Made by a program: the position numbers and the translations under genes. This document shows, piece after piece, positions 1 through 8,708 of a stretch of 33,310 nt of DNA. The stretch covers positions 1 to 33,310 of IMG/VR virus record IMGVR_UViG_3300027835_000015; one strand, written 5' to 3'. The notes beneath the pieces are model-generated. The model made no database searches, was not told the origin of the DNA, and worked only from the letters and a program-made list of their open reading frames with translations. Source of the DNA: a virus (lineage: Duplodnaviria > Caudoviricetes). Position 1 is the stretch's first letter, and every line of letters starts with the position of its first letter.

Positions 1-6
1 GTAAGT

Positions 7-81
7 GGTGGGTGTAGCTCAGTTGGTTAGAGTACAAGATTGTGGATCTTGTGGTCGCGGGTTCAAATCCCGTCACCCACC
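7..81 (+). tRNA. tRNA-His (GUG)
   Basis: Cloverleaf folds: acceptor GTGGGTG(8-14)/CACCCAC(74-80), G-1(7) opposite discriminator C81 as typical of tRNA-His, D arm GCTC/GAGT, anticodon stem CAAGA/TCTTG with GTG at 42-44, T loop TTCAAAT. No encoded CCA. Confidence 0.96.
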
Positions 82-1749
82 CTTTAATGGACGCCAATAC
101 GAAACTGAACCCTTAGGGGCCATGGTTTCGGTGTTTTGGCAGTTTAAAGCCTCATCCTGATCATTGATCGGGGTGAGGCTTTTTTCTTTTCCGGATGCAT
201 TCAACAGGATTTTGGGGAGGACTTCCGCCTCTATATACATAGTCATTACTATTTTATTTTCATACACAGTAATGTTTTCAATCAAAGCCATTAGCAGATC
301 TTTTTGAACTTCCGGAGGTGCTTGATCAATATGTTGCATGGCGATTTTTACGTTTGAGTAGACATGCTTTCCGGATTGAGCATTTAACTGGGCAACCTTT
401 TTTTCTTCTTCGAGTTTACTAATTTCCTCTTCAAGCATTTTGATTTCAGCTTCCGCTTTGTCCATTTTGGTCTTAAAAGTCGCGCCTTGTGATATTGAAT
501 TCTTCATAGCCAGATTAAGAAGTGTTTCAACTTCATGCCGTAAGGTATTGAGTCGAATCCTTCTTTCGATTAATTTTTCTTCAATCTTCTCGAATTTTAT
601 TTGTGATTCACGGATCGCAGTACCGATTGCCCGGACAATAATTTCTTGGTCTTGGGATGCCCTCTTGAAATAATCCAATACGGCTTTATCAAAAGTTGGA
701 GCGGAGATTCGTTTATACGTGCATCCGAGGGCTTGCCTGGACCGGCCGCATTCGTAATAATAAAATTTGTTTTTGTCTCTACCCGCGCAGTGAACGGAGA
801 CAAGACTACTTCCGCAACATCCACATTTAAGAAGTCCACTCAAAAGATATTCATACCCGCTTTTTTGTTTCCAATAACGGCGCCCGGGCATCTTGGCGCT
901 TGTGAATTTATTTGCTTTATCCCACATTTTTTCCTCCACCAATGGTTGATGTTTACCTCGATTCATTTCTCCGTTGTAATTAATATAGCCTTTATAAAAT
1001 GGATTTTTAAGGATTAATGAAATCGACTGTCTTCGCCAGATGTGTTTGTTAACTGTTTGAACTCCGCGCCGTATTAATTCTTGCCCAATATCCGTGAGTG
1101 ATTTGTTATTGGCCGCCATCTCCCAGACCACTTTGATATGCGGAGCCATCGTTTCATCAATGATGACCCGGGTTGGTTGTTTGCCGTTCGGCAGTTGAGG
1201 CCCGTCTTTAATCAGTTTGTAACCGATCGGGGCTTTGCCACCTGTTCGCATGCCTTGTCTTGCTCTGGCCAGTACGGAAGATTTGACGCGTTCACCGGTT
1301 AGTTCACGCTCGAAAGCAGAGAGGAGCCCGAGAATACCGATGACCACCCGACCGATTGCGGTTGAGCTGTCGAGATTTTCTCGAACTGAAACGAAATCGA
1401 TATCGTGTTCTTTAAAGAGATCAATCATCGCATAGAGGTCACGCGGATTTCGTGTCCAGCGATCGAGTCTAAAGAAAATGATACCGTCAAATTCTCTCTT
1501 TTTATTAATGCTTTCAAGGATTGATTGAATGCCGGGTCGGTTTAAGTCTTTTGCAGAATATCCATCATCACGAACGATACCATTTTTTCCGAAAGAGGCG
1601 AGGTCATGTCCGAACGCATCAAGCATGTTCTTGCAGTGATGTGCTTGGGCATCAAGTGTTGTGAATTCACCCTGTGCCTGCTCATCAGTTGAACATCGGG
1701 TATAAATAATGTAGTGTTTTTTCTTTCCGTTGTTGTTTGCTTTCAGCAT
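73..1749 (-). CDS. Large serine recombinase (integrase)
   Basis: N-terminal YTRCST catalytic motif, DDGYSAKDLNRPG and RLDRWTRN resolvase motifs, recombinase domain (ILKNPFYKG), zinc ribbon (LLKCGCCG...YYECGR...GC), coiled coil. Confidence 0.95.
   Translation of the reverse strand: MLKANNNGKKKHYIIYTRCSTDEQAQGEFTTLDAQAHHCKNMLDAFGHDLASFGKNGIVRDDGYSAKDLNRPGIQSILESINKKREFDGIIFFRLDRWTRNPRDLYAMIDLFKEHDIDFVSVRENLDSSTAIGRVVIGILGLLSAFERELTGERVKSSVLARARQGMRTGGKAPIGYKLIKDGPQLPNGKQPTRVIIDETMAPHIKVVWEMAANNKSLTDIGQELIRRGVQTVNKHIWRRQSISLILKNPFYKGYINYNGEMNRGKHQPLVEEKMWDKANKFTSAKMPGRRYWKQKSGYEYLLSGLLKCGCCGSSLVSVHCAGRDKNKFYYYECGRSRQALGCTYKRISAPTFDKAVLDYFKRASQDQEIIVRAIGTAIRESQIKFEKIEEKLIERRIRLNTLRHEVETLLNLAMKNSISQGATFKTKMDKAEAEIKMLEEEISKLEEEKKVAQLNAQSGKHVYSNVKIAMQHIDQAPPEVQKDLLMALIENITVYENKIVMTMYIEAEVLPKILLNASGKEKSLTPINDQDEALNCQNTETMAPKGSVSYWRPLKGG
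146..190 (+). terminator. Intrinsic terminator for the tRNA transcript, inside the integrase 3' end
   Basis: 17-bp stem AAAGCCTCATCCTGATC/GATCGGGGTGAGGCTTT with two G-U pairs valid on the + strand, loop ATT, followed by a T tract. Confidence 0.75.
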
Positions 1750-1770
1750 TTTCCTGCCTTTGTGCCACCA

Positions 1771-1799
1771 ACCCTAAATGCATGCCTGCAACAAGTCAA
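1771..1799 (-). promoter_or_regulatory. Putative sigma-70 promoter of the integrase
   Basis: On the - strand TTGACT-17 nt-TAGGGT, ~20 nt upstream of the ATG at 1749, with AGGCAGGA as RBS. Confidence 0.5.
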
Positions 1800-1921
1800 G
1801 CAGTTTCAATCATAGCCTTAACTTATTAAATTTCATATAGTTGAGGTTTAAACGAATGAAAATTCAACTGAGATTAGATCAGCAATAAGTAGCATCATCC
1901 TATAGACAATCTCAGCAATCT

Positions 1922-2025
1922 TCCCTCAGCCTTATACGGCTTTTTTAGCTGAAGTGCCGGATTTTTTTATTTTTTGAAACTTTTTTCCGGCACTTTTCAA
2001 AAAAACGTCGTATAGGGCTGAGGGA
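1922..2025. repeat. Long imperfect inverted repeat between integrase and early operon
   Basis: TCCCTCAGCCTTATACGGC(1922-1940) pairs with GTCGTATAGGGCTGAGGGA(2007-2025); AAGTGCCGGA(1952-1961) pairs with TCCGGCACTT(1986-1995). Confidence 0.85.
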
Positions 2026-2037
2026 GGGAGAAATTCC

Positions 2038-2262
2038 ATGGGACATAGTGCTGAAAAACTTTTTGAAACGCGATTTGAAAAAGGCATTGAAATTGTCTAT
2101 CGCACCAAATCGATTGATGGAGAGGAGAGACAGTTAAATCAAAAAAGATTGAGCGATGCAACAAAAGCCGTCATAGCAGCCGTTCTAAAACGCGAGCCAA
2201 CACAAGAGGAACTTTTAGGGATTGTTCCGATCGTTGTTAGCGGAAAGAAGGCCTCGCGATGA
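2038..2262 (+). CDS. Small hypothetical protein (first early gene; possible regulator or directionality factor)
   Basis: 74-aa ORF with GGGAGGGAG RBS; function guessed from position only. Confidence 0.6.
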   Translation: MGHSAEKLFETRFEKGIEIVYRTKSIDGEERQLNQKRLSDATKAVIAAVLKREPTQEELLGIVPIVVSGKKASR

Positions 2263-2307
2263 CACACCTCTTTAAAAAAGAGATGCCTCCCACAAGGAGG
2301 TCCCTTT

Positions 2308-2880
2308 ATTAATTGTAAATATCATGGGTTATTTCAACCTTGGGAAATTAAGCATGCTCGGGAACTGGTTTGGGAATTCCAAAGAAGATTTCGTACTCTA
2401 AAACGCGAAGGCGTTGAGGATCTTTTGCAAGAATGTTTAACTCACTGGTATTTCAAGCGGAACCAATACGACCCATCGGGCCCAGCTAAATGCAAAACAT
2501 ATATGAGTCAGGTGATCGAAAACAAACTTATGGATATTGTAAAACTTAAAGAACGGCAGAAACGTAAAACAATTTATCAAAGCATTTCGTTGGATGAATT
2601 ATTGTCTCATATCAATGAAGAAGAATGTTCCGATCATGAAATTCCCGACGATGAAAGTTTTAAAGAGACATTAACATCTGATATCAATTTGATTCTCATA
2701 AAGGCGTTAGAAAAATTATCTCGTCGACAACAGGAGCTTTGCCGGTTGCTTCAGGAGGAAGGGTTAAACATAACACAGGTAAGTGAGAAATTAAAAATTC
2801 CTCGAGCGACGCTGTTTGATGAAATTCTTAGGATACGAGAGGTTTTTCGTAACGAAGGATTAAAGGATTATCTTCAATAG
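2308..2880 (+). CDS. Sigma-70/ECF-like RNA polymerase sigma factor (probable ATT start at 2308; ORF track starts at 2425)
   Basis: Region-2-like EDLLQECLTHW...KTYMSQVIENKLMD and region-4 HTH (LEKLSRRQQELC...NITQVSEKLKIPRATL). The frame is open from 2263 and AAGGAGG(2294-2300) lies 7 nt before an in-frame ATT. Confidence 0.75.
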   Translation: MNCKYHGLFQPWEIKHARELVWEFQRRFRTLKREGVEDLLQECLTHWYFKRNQYDPSGPAKCKTYMSQVIENKLMDIVKLKERQKRKTIYQSISLDELLSHINEEECSDHEIPDDESFKETLTSDINLILIKALEKLSRRQQELCRLLQEEGLNITQVSEKLKIPRATLFDEILRIREVFRNEGLKDYLQ

Positions 2881-2891
2881 GGGAGGATTCA

Positions 2892-3152
2892 ATGAAGCGA
2901 ATTTGTAAGTTTAAGTTTGATAAAAGTGTTGAAATTGCATTTCTCGAGCAGGAATTACTCAAATCAATTCTTACCTCCGAGGATGTTTATGGACGTTTAA
3001 GTGCGGAGATAAGCACATCATATTGGATTTCAGGCTCTGAAATTTATCTGGATGTGAGCAATGAAATTGGGAGGCATACGTTCTGTGTTTTTGCCGGAAG
3101 ATTAAATCGAAAAATTGGTAAAGAACTTTATTCATATAAAACGGAAGACTGA
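2892..3152 (+). CDS. Hypothetical protein
   Basis: 86-aa ORF with GGGAGG RBS within the early operon. Confidence 0.7.
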   Translation: MKRICKFKFDKSVEIAFLEQELLKSILTSEDVYGRLSAEISTSYWISGSEIYLDVSNEIGRHTFCVFAGRLNRKIGKELYSYKTED

Positions 3153-3164
3153 GAAAGGGGTCGT

Positions 3165-3311
3165 ATGAGCGAGAAAAAGAAACCAAAAGAAGAAAGTTAT
3201 TTCATTCAGTGCTTGCGATGTAACCGAAAATCTCGTGTGGTAGCTGTTGCAAAATGTAAGTACTGCGGTTCATTTGCAGTCAAGTTGCTAACAAAAGGAA
3301 AAAGAGAATGA
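3165..3311 (+). CDS. Small zinc-finger protein (48 aa; not in ORF track)
   Basis: Hand translation MSEKKKPKEESYFIQCLRCNRKSRVVAVAKCKYCGSFAVKLLTKGKRE has two CxxC; AAGGGG RBS; stop overlaps the next start (ATGA). Confidence 0.7.
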   Translation: MSEKKKPKEESYFIQCLRCNRKSRVVAVAKCKYCGSFAVKLLTKGKRE

Positions 3312-3583
3312 ATCGATATGCGCAGGAAGCTATCAATCTCGCTGAGTTGATTACAAAAAAGCAGATTGCTTATGGCGATTCATTTGGTCAATCTCAACGG
3401 ATCATAGAAGTTTTATATCCGAAAGGTATTTCTCCGGAGCAGTATCAAGATGCATTAGCTATGATCAGGATCATCGACAAGTTATTTCGGATAGCCAACA
3501 AAAAATTTGCTTTTGAAGAAAATCCTTGGCAGGACATCGCCGGGTATGCCTTGCTTAGTTTAGTACAGCAATTGGAAAATTAG
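3308..3583 (+). CDS. Nucleotide-modification-associated (DUF1599/Nmad1-like) protein
   Basis: KKQIAYGDSF...IRIIDKLFRI...WQDIAGYALL pattern resembles this all-alpha family. Confidence 0.6.
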   Translation: MNRYAQEAINLAELITKKQIAYGDSFGQSQRIIEVLYPKGISPEQYQDALAMIRIIDKLFRIANKKFAFEENPWQDIAGYALLSLVQQLEN

Positions 3584-3595
3584 GAAAAATGAACA

Positions 3596-4411
3596 GTGAA
3601 AGAAGATCGTGTCGACATCAGAGATTTACGCGACGGTGGTTTTTTATGGCTGGATAAATCAGCTTTAGAGTTTATTAGTAAGAAGATAGGTAACACAGCG
3701 GTTGTTGTTTATTCCTGGCTTTGTTACTACGCCAATGCAAAAGCCCAAAATTGTTTTCCTTCCATTACGACGCTCGCCAATCATTGCCAAGTAAGCCGGC
3801 GCACAGTTATGCGAATTGTTATTCAGCTTGAACGAATACGAGTCGTCACTATTGAACGTCAGCACGGCAAACCTAATGTTTATAAACTTTTAGACGTAAA
3901 AAGAACAACAGCAAAAACTGGTGACATGGATGTCACTAGTGACGCCGGAGGCACCGGGGTAGTGTCTGCAGTGTCACCAGAGGTGGTGACACCACAGACA
4001 CTCGAACAAGAATTAAATAAACAAGAATTAATTAACAAGTCAGCAAGCTGCCTTTTTGATTCTTGGAAGGATACAAAACTTCCTTATCCAACTCCGACAC
4101 TAGCGATGGTAAAGGAGTTGGAGGTTTTATGTCAGCAACTTTTGAATCAGGTTAATCTTTACAGATTTATTTTTGACTTTCGCACGGAGCGTGGGTATCC
4201 ACCACCAGTGGATGCATTGATTAACGCATGTCGGAAGTATGAACAGTATAAAGACCGTATTGACAACCCATGGGGTTGGTTTCATCAAATGATTGAGTAT
4301 AAGAGCGGAGAATATTTTGCTGATCAGGAGATTAAGCGCCATGAAAAGATTAAGAACGAACCTGCAAGCGTGGGCAAGATACTACTTGGTATGTCGAAGG
4401 ATGGTGCTTAG
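3596..4411 (+). CDS. Phage replication initiator with N-terminal HTH
   Basis: CFPSITTLANHCQVSRRTVMRIVIQLE winged-HTH motif, then a low-complexity linker encoded by iteron-like repeats. Confidence 0.8.
   Translation: MKEDRVDIRDLRDGGFLWLDKSALEFISKKIGNTAVVVYSWLCYYANAKAQNCFPSITTLANHCQVSRRTVMRIVIQLERIRVVTIERQHGKPNVYKLLDVKRTTAKTGDMDVTSDAGGTGVVSAVSPEVVTPQTLEQELNKQELINKSASCLFDSWKDTKLPYPTPTLAMVKELEVLCQQLLNQVNLYRFIFDFRTERGYPPPVDALINACRKYEQYKDRIDNPWGWFHQMIEYKSGEYFADQEIKRHEKIKNEPASVGKILLGMSKDGA
3921..4039. repeat. Putative replication origin (four palindromic iterons plus AT-rich repeats)
   Basis: GTGWC-N6-G(T/G/A)CAC at 3921, 3939, 3962 and 3986, then AACAAGAATTAA at 4005 and 4020 and AACAAG at 4034. 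Confidence 0.65.
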
Positions 4412-4420
4412 AAATATTTT

Positions 4421-4470
4421 GGGTCCTTCGGATGGGGGCTGGGGTGCGCGGGTCAGGCGAGGCGCAGGTC
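4421..4470 (+). other. Putative cos/packaging site region
   Basis: GC-rich intergenic tract starting GGGTCCT (same as lambda cosQ) and containing CGCGGGT, upstream of the packaging operon. Confidence 0.4.
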
Positions 4471-4605
4471 GTCAGTGATTTCAAATTTTGAAAATGTCAT
4501 GTCCTGTCCGTTTGGGGCATTTCAGGAAAATTTATATTAAAAAGCAAGAAAGACGTTCCTCGTCGGTAAATCATGTTAAAACTCAATCAAGAAGGGAGAT
4601 AAAAA

Positions 4606-5910
4606 GTGCCTAAAATTAACGTCAAACCGGACATACAGGACATTCACGTGTCCGCTTTAAATCCAGCTCCATATAACCCGCGGGATATTTCACCCGAGGC
4701 GTTAGCAGGATTGAAACAATCCTTAGAAAGATTTGGGATGGTGGATTTGTTGGTGGTTAACAAGCGTAACATGCGGGTCATCTCAGGTCATCAGCGGCTC
4801 AAAATTCTTCAGCAAGAAGGTATTGAAACTGTCACGGCCATTGTTGTGGATGTGGATGAGGTATCCGAGATGGCTATGAATGTTACTTTAAATTCTCAGC
4901 AGATTGTTGGGACATGGACAGAAGCGATAATCCCGCTTTTGGAAAAACTTCGTAAAGAGGCATCAGACGATTATCTGAATTTACGTCTCAAAGAATTGCG
5001 GGAAGAAGTCGCTGATTTGGAAATCGAAAATCTCGGTGCAGGAAAAACTTTGCCCGATGACATTCCAGAGCCACCGGTAGAACCGATCACTAAAAAAGGT
5101 GATTTATGGATTTTAGGGGAACACCGCCTATTATGCGGAGACAGCACAAATGAAAATGATGTAGCCAGACTCATGGATGGTGCGAGAGCAAATTTATTTG
5201 CAACCGACCCACCGTATTGTGTTGACTATACAGGAGCTGATCGGCCGAACGGAGGCAAGGATTGGTCGGATGTTTATCATGAAGTTGATATTCCAGATGC
5301 GAGGGATTTTACAAAACGGATTTACACAGTGGGATTAAAACATATCAAAGAAAATACAGCTTTGTATTTATGGCATGCTTCAAAACGCAGGGCAATGATT
5401 GAAGGCATCTGCGATGAGTTAGGGATTTTGATTCATCAACAGATTATTTGGGTGAAGCCTTGTTCGATATTAACGTTTTCGTTTTATTCATGGCGGCATG
5501 AACCATGTTTGTTGATGTGGGTTAAAGGAAAAAAACCGCCTTATAAACCAAAAAATAAATCCATAAGCAGTGTTTGGGAAGTAAAGCTGTTGAGGTCAGG
5601 TGACCCAACGGATCCGGAGTATTACACGGATATCTGGGAAGCGGATTGGGAAGGTAAAAAACGAAACTCAGGACTTAACCATCCGACGGTAAAGCCGACG
5701 GAAATTTTTGCCATTCCGATGAGAGTTCACACACATCCGGGAGATGTTTGTTATGAACCTTTTAGTGGCTCGGGGTCACAGATAATTGCGGGGGAACGTT
5801 TAAATAGACGGGTCTTTGCCATGGAAATTGAACCCATATTTTGTGATGTCGCAATTAAACGTTGGGAGGAGTTTACTGGCAAGAAAGCTTGTTTAGAAAA
5901 TCGTCTATGA
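4606..5910 (+). CDS. ParB-like domain fused to N6A/N4C DNA methyltransferase
   Basis: LNPAPYNPR...SGHQRL ParB-like N-terminus; HRLLCGDST, TDPPY (motif IV), HPTVKP, EPFSGSGS (motif I). Confidence 0.92.
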   Translation: MPKINVKPDIQDIHVSALNPAPYNPRDISPEALAGLKQSLERFGMVDLLVVNKRNMRVISGHQRLKILQQEGIETVTAIVVDVDEVSEMAMNVTLNSQQIVGTWTEAIIPLLEKLRKEASDDYLNLRLKELREEVADLEIENLGAGKTLPDDIPEPPVEPITKKGDLWILGEHRLLCGDSTNENDVARLMDGARANLFATDPPYCVDYTGADRPNGGKDWSDVYHEVDIPDARDFTKRIYTVGLKHIKENTALYLWHASKRRAMIEGICDELGILIHQQIIWVKPCSILTFSFYSWRHEPCLLMWVKGKKPPYKPKNKSISSVWEVKLLRSGDPTDPEYYTDIWEADWEGKKRNSGLNHPTVKPTEIFAIPMRVHTHPGDVCYEPFSGSGSQIIAGERLNRRVFAMEIEPIFCDVAIKRWEEFTGKKACLENRL

Positions 5911-6518
5911 CAGAACAAAAGAAGAGCCTTGTTGAGATCGCAAAAAAACAACGGTATTTGTATCTTGTCGAAAATCTTCAAAAAGGTAAGACATTAACAA
6001 AACAGGAAATTGCGGAACTTGAAAAGTTTGAAGCGGAACCATTACCATCAATGGTCGTTCAGACATATCAAGAAGTGGCCAAGGTTCTGGAAGTTTCCAT
6101 TAAGACGGTACAGCGCTGGAAAAAAGAGGGGATGCCCGTAACCAAAGACGGCTATTACGATCTCGAGCAGGTTAAAGAGTGGCAGATAAAAAGAATTGAG
6201 GAAAGTAAAAAATACGATAAGGAGAGCAAGGCATATTGGGATCAAAAACTTTTAAGGGGGAAAGTTGAAAAAATCGAGTTTGAAATCAAACAGATGAGAG
6301 GAGAGTTGGTTCCGAAAGAGGATGTCGAGCAGGAACGGGTGGCAAGGATCATGGCAGTCAAGCGGGCATTTTTAGCGTTACCGACAGCACTCGCTCCTAC
6401 TTTAGCAATGAAAGACCCAAGAGAAATTCAAAAAACTCTTTATGAATCGATAGGTGAAATCATTGATGACTTTGCGGGCGTTAGGAAAATCAAGAAAAAT
6501 AAAAAAAGAAAATCGTAA
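5907..6518 (+). CDS. terS: Terminase small subunit (Nu1-like)
   Basis: HTH EVAKVLEVSIKTVQRWKKEGMP...YDLEQVKEW and GELVPKEDVE; directly upstream of terL. Start placed at ATG 5907, overlapping the MTase stop. Confidence 0.85.
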   Translation: MTEQKKSLVEIAKKQRYLYLVENLQKGKTLTKQEIAELEKFEAEPLPSMVVQTYQEVAKVLEVSIKTVQRWKKEGMPVTKDGYYDLEQVKEWQIKRIEESKKYDKESKAYWDQKLLRGKVEKIEFEIKQMRGELVPKEDVEQERVARIMAVKRAFLALPTALAPTLAMKDPREIQKTLYESIGEIIDDFAGVRKIKKNKKRKS

Positions 6519-8382
6519 TCTGTGGACTCAGGCCGAGGTTTTAGCATGGAAAAGGCCAGAAAAAATGACGGTGAGTCAATGGGCAGATCAAAATCGGGTG
6601 CTTAGTGCAGTAACATCTGCAGAACCGGGGCGATGGAAAACTGGTCGCGTTCCGTACTTAGAAGAAATTATGGATGCCTTCTCCGATCCTTTTGTTGAGG
6701 AGATAACGGTTATGTCTGCTTCTCAGGTAGGGAAAACGGAATCTATGTTGAACATGCTTGGGTATGTCATTGATCAGGATCCGGGACCCACGCTAGTTGT
6801 CATGCCTCGAGAAGATGATGCTAAAGGACTTTCATCTGATCGCGTTCTTCCCATGATTAAAGATTCTTACGCGTTGCGTGAACATTTGCCAGTGTTATCC
6901 GACGACATCAGTAAATTAGAATATCGTTTGAACAGAATGTTTTTGTATTTTGCTGGTTCGAATAGTCCTGCTGATTTGGCATCACGTCCGATTCGGTATT
7001 TATTTTTAGATGAGATCGATAAATATCCAAAATTTTCAGGTAATGAAGCGGATCCAGTCAAATTGGCTATGGAACGTCAAAAAACGTTTTGGAATAAAAA
7101 GACGGTCAAAGTTTCGACACCCACGACGAGGCAAGGATACATTTTTCGTGAATTTGAACTTTCGGACAAGAGGCGGTTTCATGTGCCGTGCCCGCATTGT
7201 AGTAAATATCAAATTTTGGTTTTGGGACAAATTAAATGGTTAGAAGGGAAAGATGCTCCGGAACGAATAAAAAATGAACGGCTGGCTTGGTACGAATGTT
7301 ATCACTGCAAGAATCGTATTGAGGATTATCACAAAAATAAAATGTTGAGTTTTGGTAAATGGGTATGCGAAGGATCGCAAATTGATACATCTGGGAATAT
7401 TAAGGGAGGAAATTTTAAAAGTAAACACCGAGGATATTGGATAACGTCGTTATATTCCCCGTGGCTTACATGGAGTGATATTGCCTGTGAGTTTTTAAGA
7501 TCAAAAGATTATATCGAACTTTTAATGAACTTTGTCAACTCGTGGTTAGCGGAGGTATGGGAAGAAAAGACAAGTAAAACAAAACCGGAGGAATTAGCCG
7601 AACTCGCATTAGATTATCCACGGGAAATTGTTCCAGTAGGGGTGAGGGTTTTAACTGCAGGCGTCGACGTCCAGAAAGATCATTTTTATATAAGTATTCG
7701 CGGCTGGGGTTATAGTCAGGAATCTTGGCTCATTTTGGCAACGAGGGTAGAGACATGGGAAGATGTCATCCATGTCGTATTTAAAACTGCATATCCGTCT
7801 GAGGTAAAAAATATTGGTCCCTTTGACGTTAGATTAACTTGTATTGATAGCGGACATAGAACTTCAGAAGTTTATGAAGTGTGCCGAGAGTGGCAGGATA
7901 TTGCCCGGCCAATCAAAGGGCAACAGCATTTAAGTGGAAATCCTTTTAAAGTAAATAATATTGATAAATTTCCCGAGACAGGGCGCGTGATTCCGGGAGG
8001 ATTGTCTTTATGGCACATTGATACGTCTTATTTTAAAGATAAAGTGACTCGTCTCGTTCAGAACACAAAAATGGGAAGTCCTAGCGGGTGGCATTTATAC
8101 CAAGGCATTCATGAGGAATATCTAAAACAATTTTGTTCTGAACAGAAAATTATTATTCGTGATCGAAAAAAGGGCAAAGCCACTGAGGAATGGCGGCCGG
8201 TTTCGGCTCATGCGGCAACGCATTTTCTTGATACGGAAATTTATGCAACGGCAGCTGCTGAAATGCTAAGGCTATTTTCATTGCCGCTTGAAGAAACAAA
8301 GCCGGTTAATACTTCCAAAGAACAGAAACGCACCGATCCATGGATTGAAATTGGCGGTGGCTGGAATAGACGCAATGGATAA
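6454..8382 (+). CDS. terL: Terminase large subunit (lambda gpA family)
   Basis: VSQWADQNR, Walker A SQVGKTE, Walker B YLFLDEID, VSTPT, VPCPHC, nuclease LTAGVDVQ and HFLDTEIYA. Confidence 0.96.
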   Translation: MKSLMTLRALGKSRKIKKENRNLWTQAEVLAWKRPEKMTVSQWADQNRVLSAVTSAEPGRWKTGRVPYLEEIMDAFSDPFVEEITVMSASQVGKTESMLNMLGYVIDQDPGPTLVVMPREDDAKGLSSDRVLPMIKDSYALREHLPVLSDDISKLEYRLNRMFLYFAGSNSPADLASRPIRYLFLDEIDKYPKFSGNEADPVKLAMERQKTFWNKKTVKVSTPTTRQGYIFREFELSDKRRFHVPCPHCSKYQILVLGQIKWLEGKDAPERIKNERLAWYECYHCKNRIEDYHKNKMLSFGKWVCEGSQIDTSGNIKGGNFKSKHRGYWITSLYSPWLTWSDIACEFLRSKDYIELLMNFVNSWLAEVWEEKTSKTKPEELAELALDYPREIVPVGVRVLTAGVDVQKDHFYISIRGWGYSQESWLILATRVETWEDVIHVVFKTAYPSEVKNIGPFDVRLTCIDSGHRTSEVYEVCREWQDIARPIKGQQHLSGNPFKVNNIDKFPETGRVIPGGLSLWHIDTSYFKDKVTRLVQNTKMGSPSGWHLYQGIHEEYLKQFCSEQKIIIRDRKKGKATEEWRPVSAHAATHFLDTEIYATAAAEMLRLFSLPLEETKPVNTSKEQKRTDPWIEIGGGWNRRNG

Positions 8383-8605
8383 ATGGATCAACAAGAAAGG
8401 GTGGCTAAATGGTTACGTTGATCCTATTAAACAAAAAGAAGAAGTTTCCGACCATAAAGAAAGAGTCACGGTTCATATTCCGTTAAAGTGTCCGGGGTGT
8501 CGTTCTCGCAAGGTAAGATGTTACGGGGCAGACAAACCTGTTTTGTATTACAAATGTATGGATTGTGAATTTAAGTTTAAAGTCATTGAGAAGGAAGATC
8601 ATTAA
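8375..8605 (+). CDS. Zinc-finger protein (Ogr/Delta-like, possible late activator)
   Basis: CPGC...YYKCMDC; start at ATG 8375 overlapping the terL end. Confidence 0.6.
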   Translation: MDKWINKKGWLNGYVDPIKQKEEVSDHKERVTVHIPLKCPGCRSRKVRCYGADKPVLYYKCMDCEFKFKVIEKEDH

Positions 8606-8635
8606 AAGATTTTTCAGTATTTCTGAACCAGTTAA

Positions 8636-8663
8636 TTGACTTAATATTATTGTTGATGATAGT
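8636..8663 (+). promoter_or_regulatory. Putative promoter
   Basis: TTGACT(8636-8641), 16 nt, GATAGT in an AT-rich intergenic gap. Confidence 0.35.
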
Positions 8664-8708
8664 TTAACAGTATAAATTAATTTCGGGGGACGCTCCGGAA
8701 TTATCGAT

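Noticed and set aside
4293-4478. 61-aa ORF across the GC-rich tract
   Set aside because: It overlaps the initiator gene and the putative cos region, and has no RBS.
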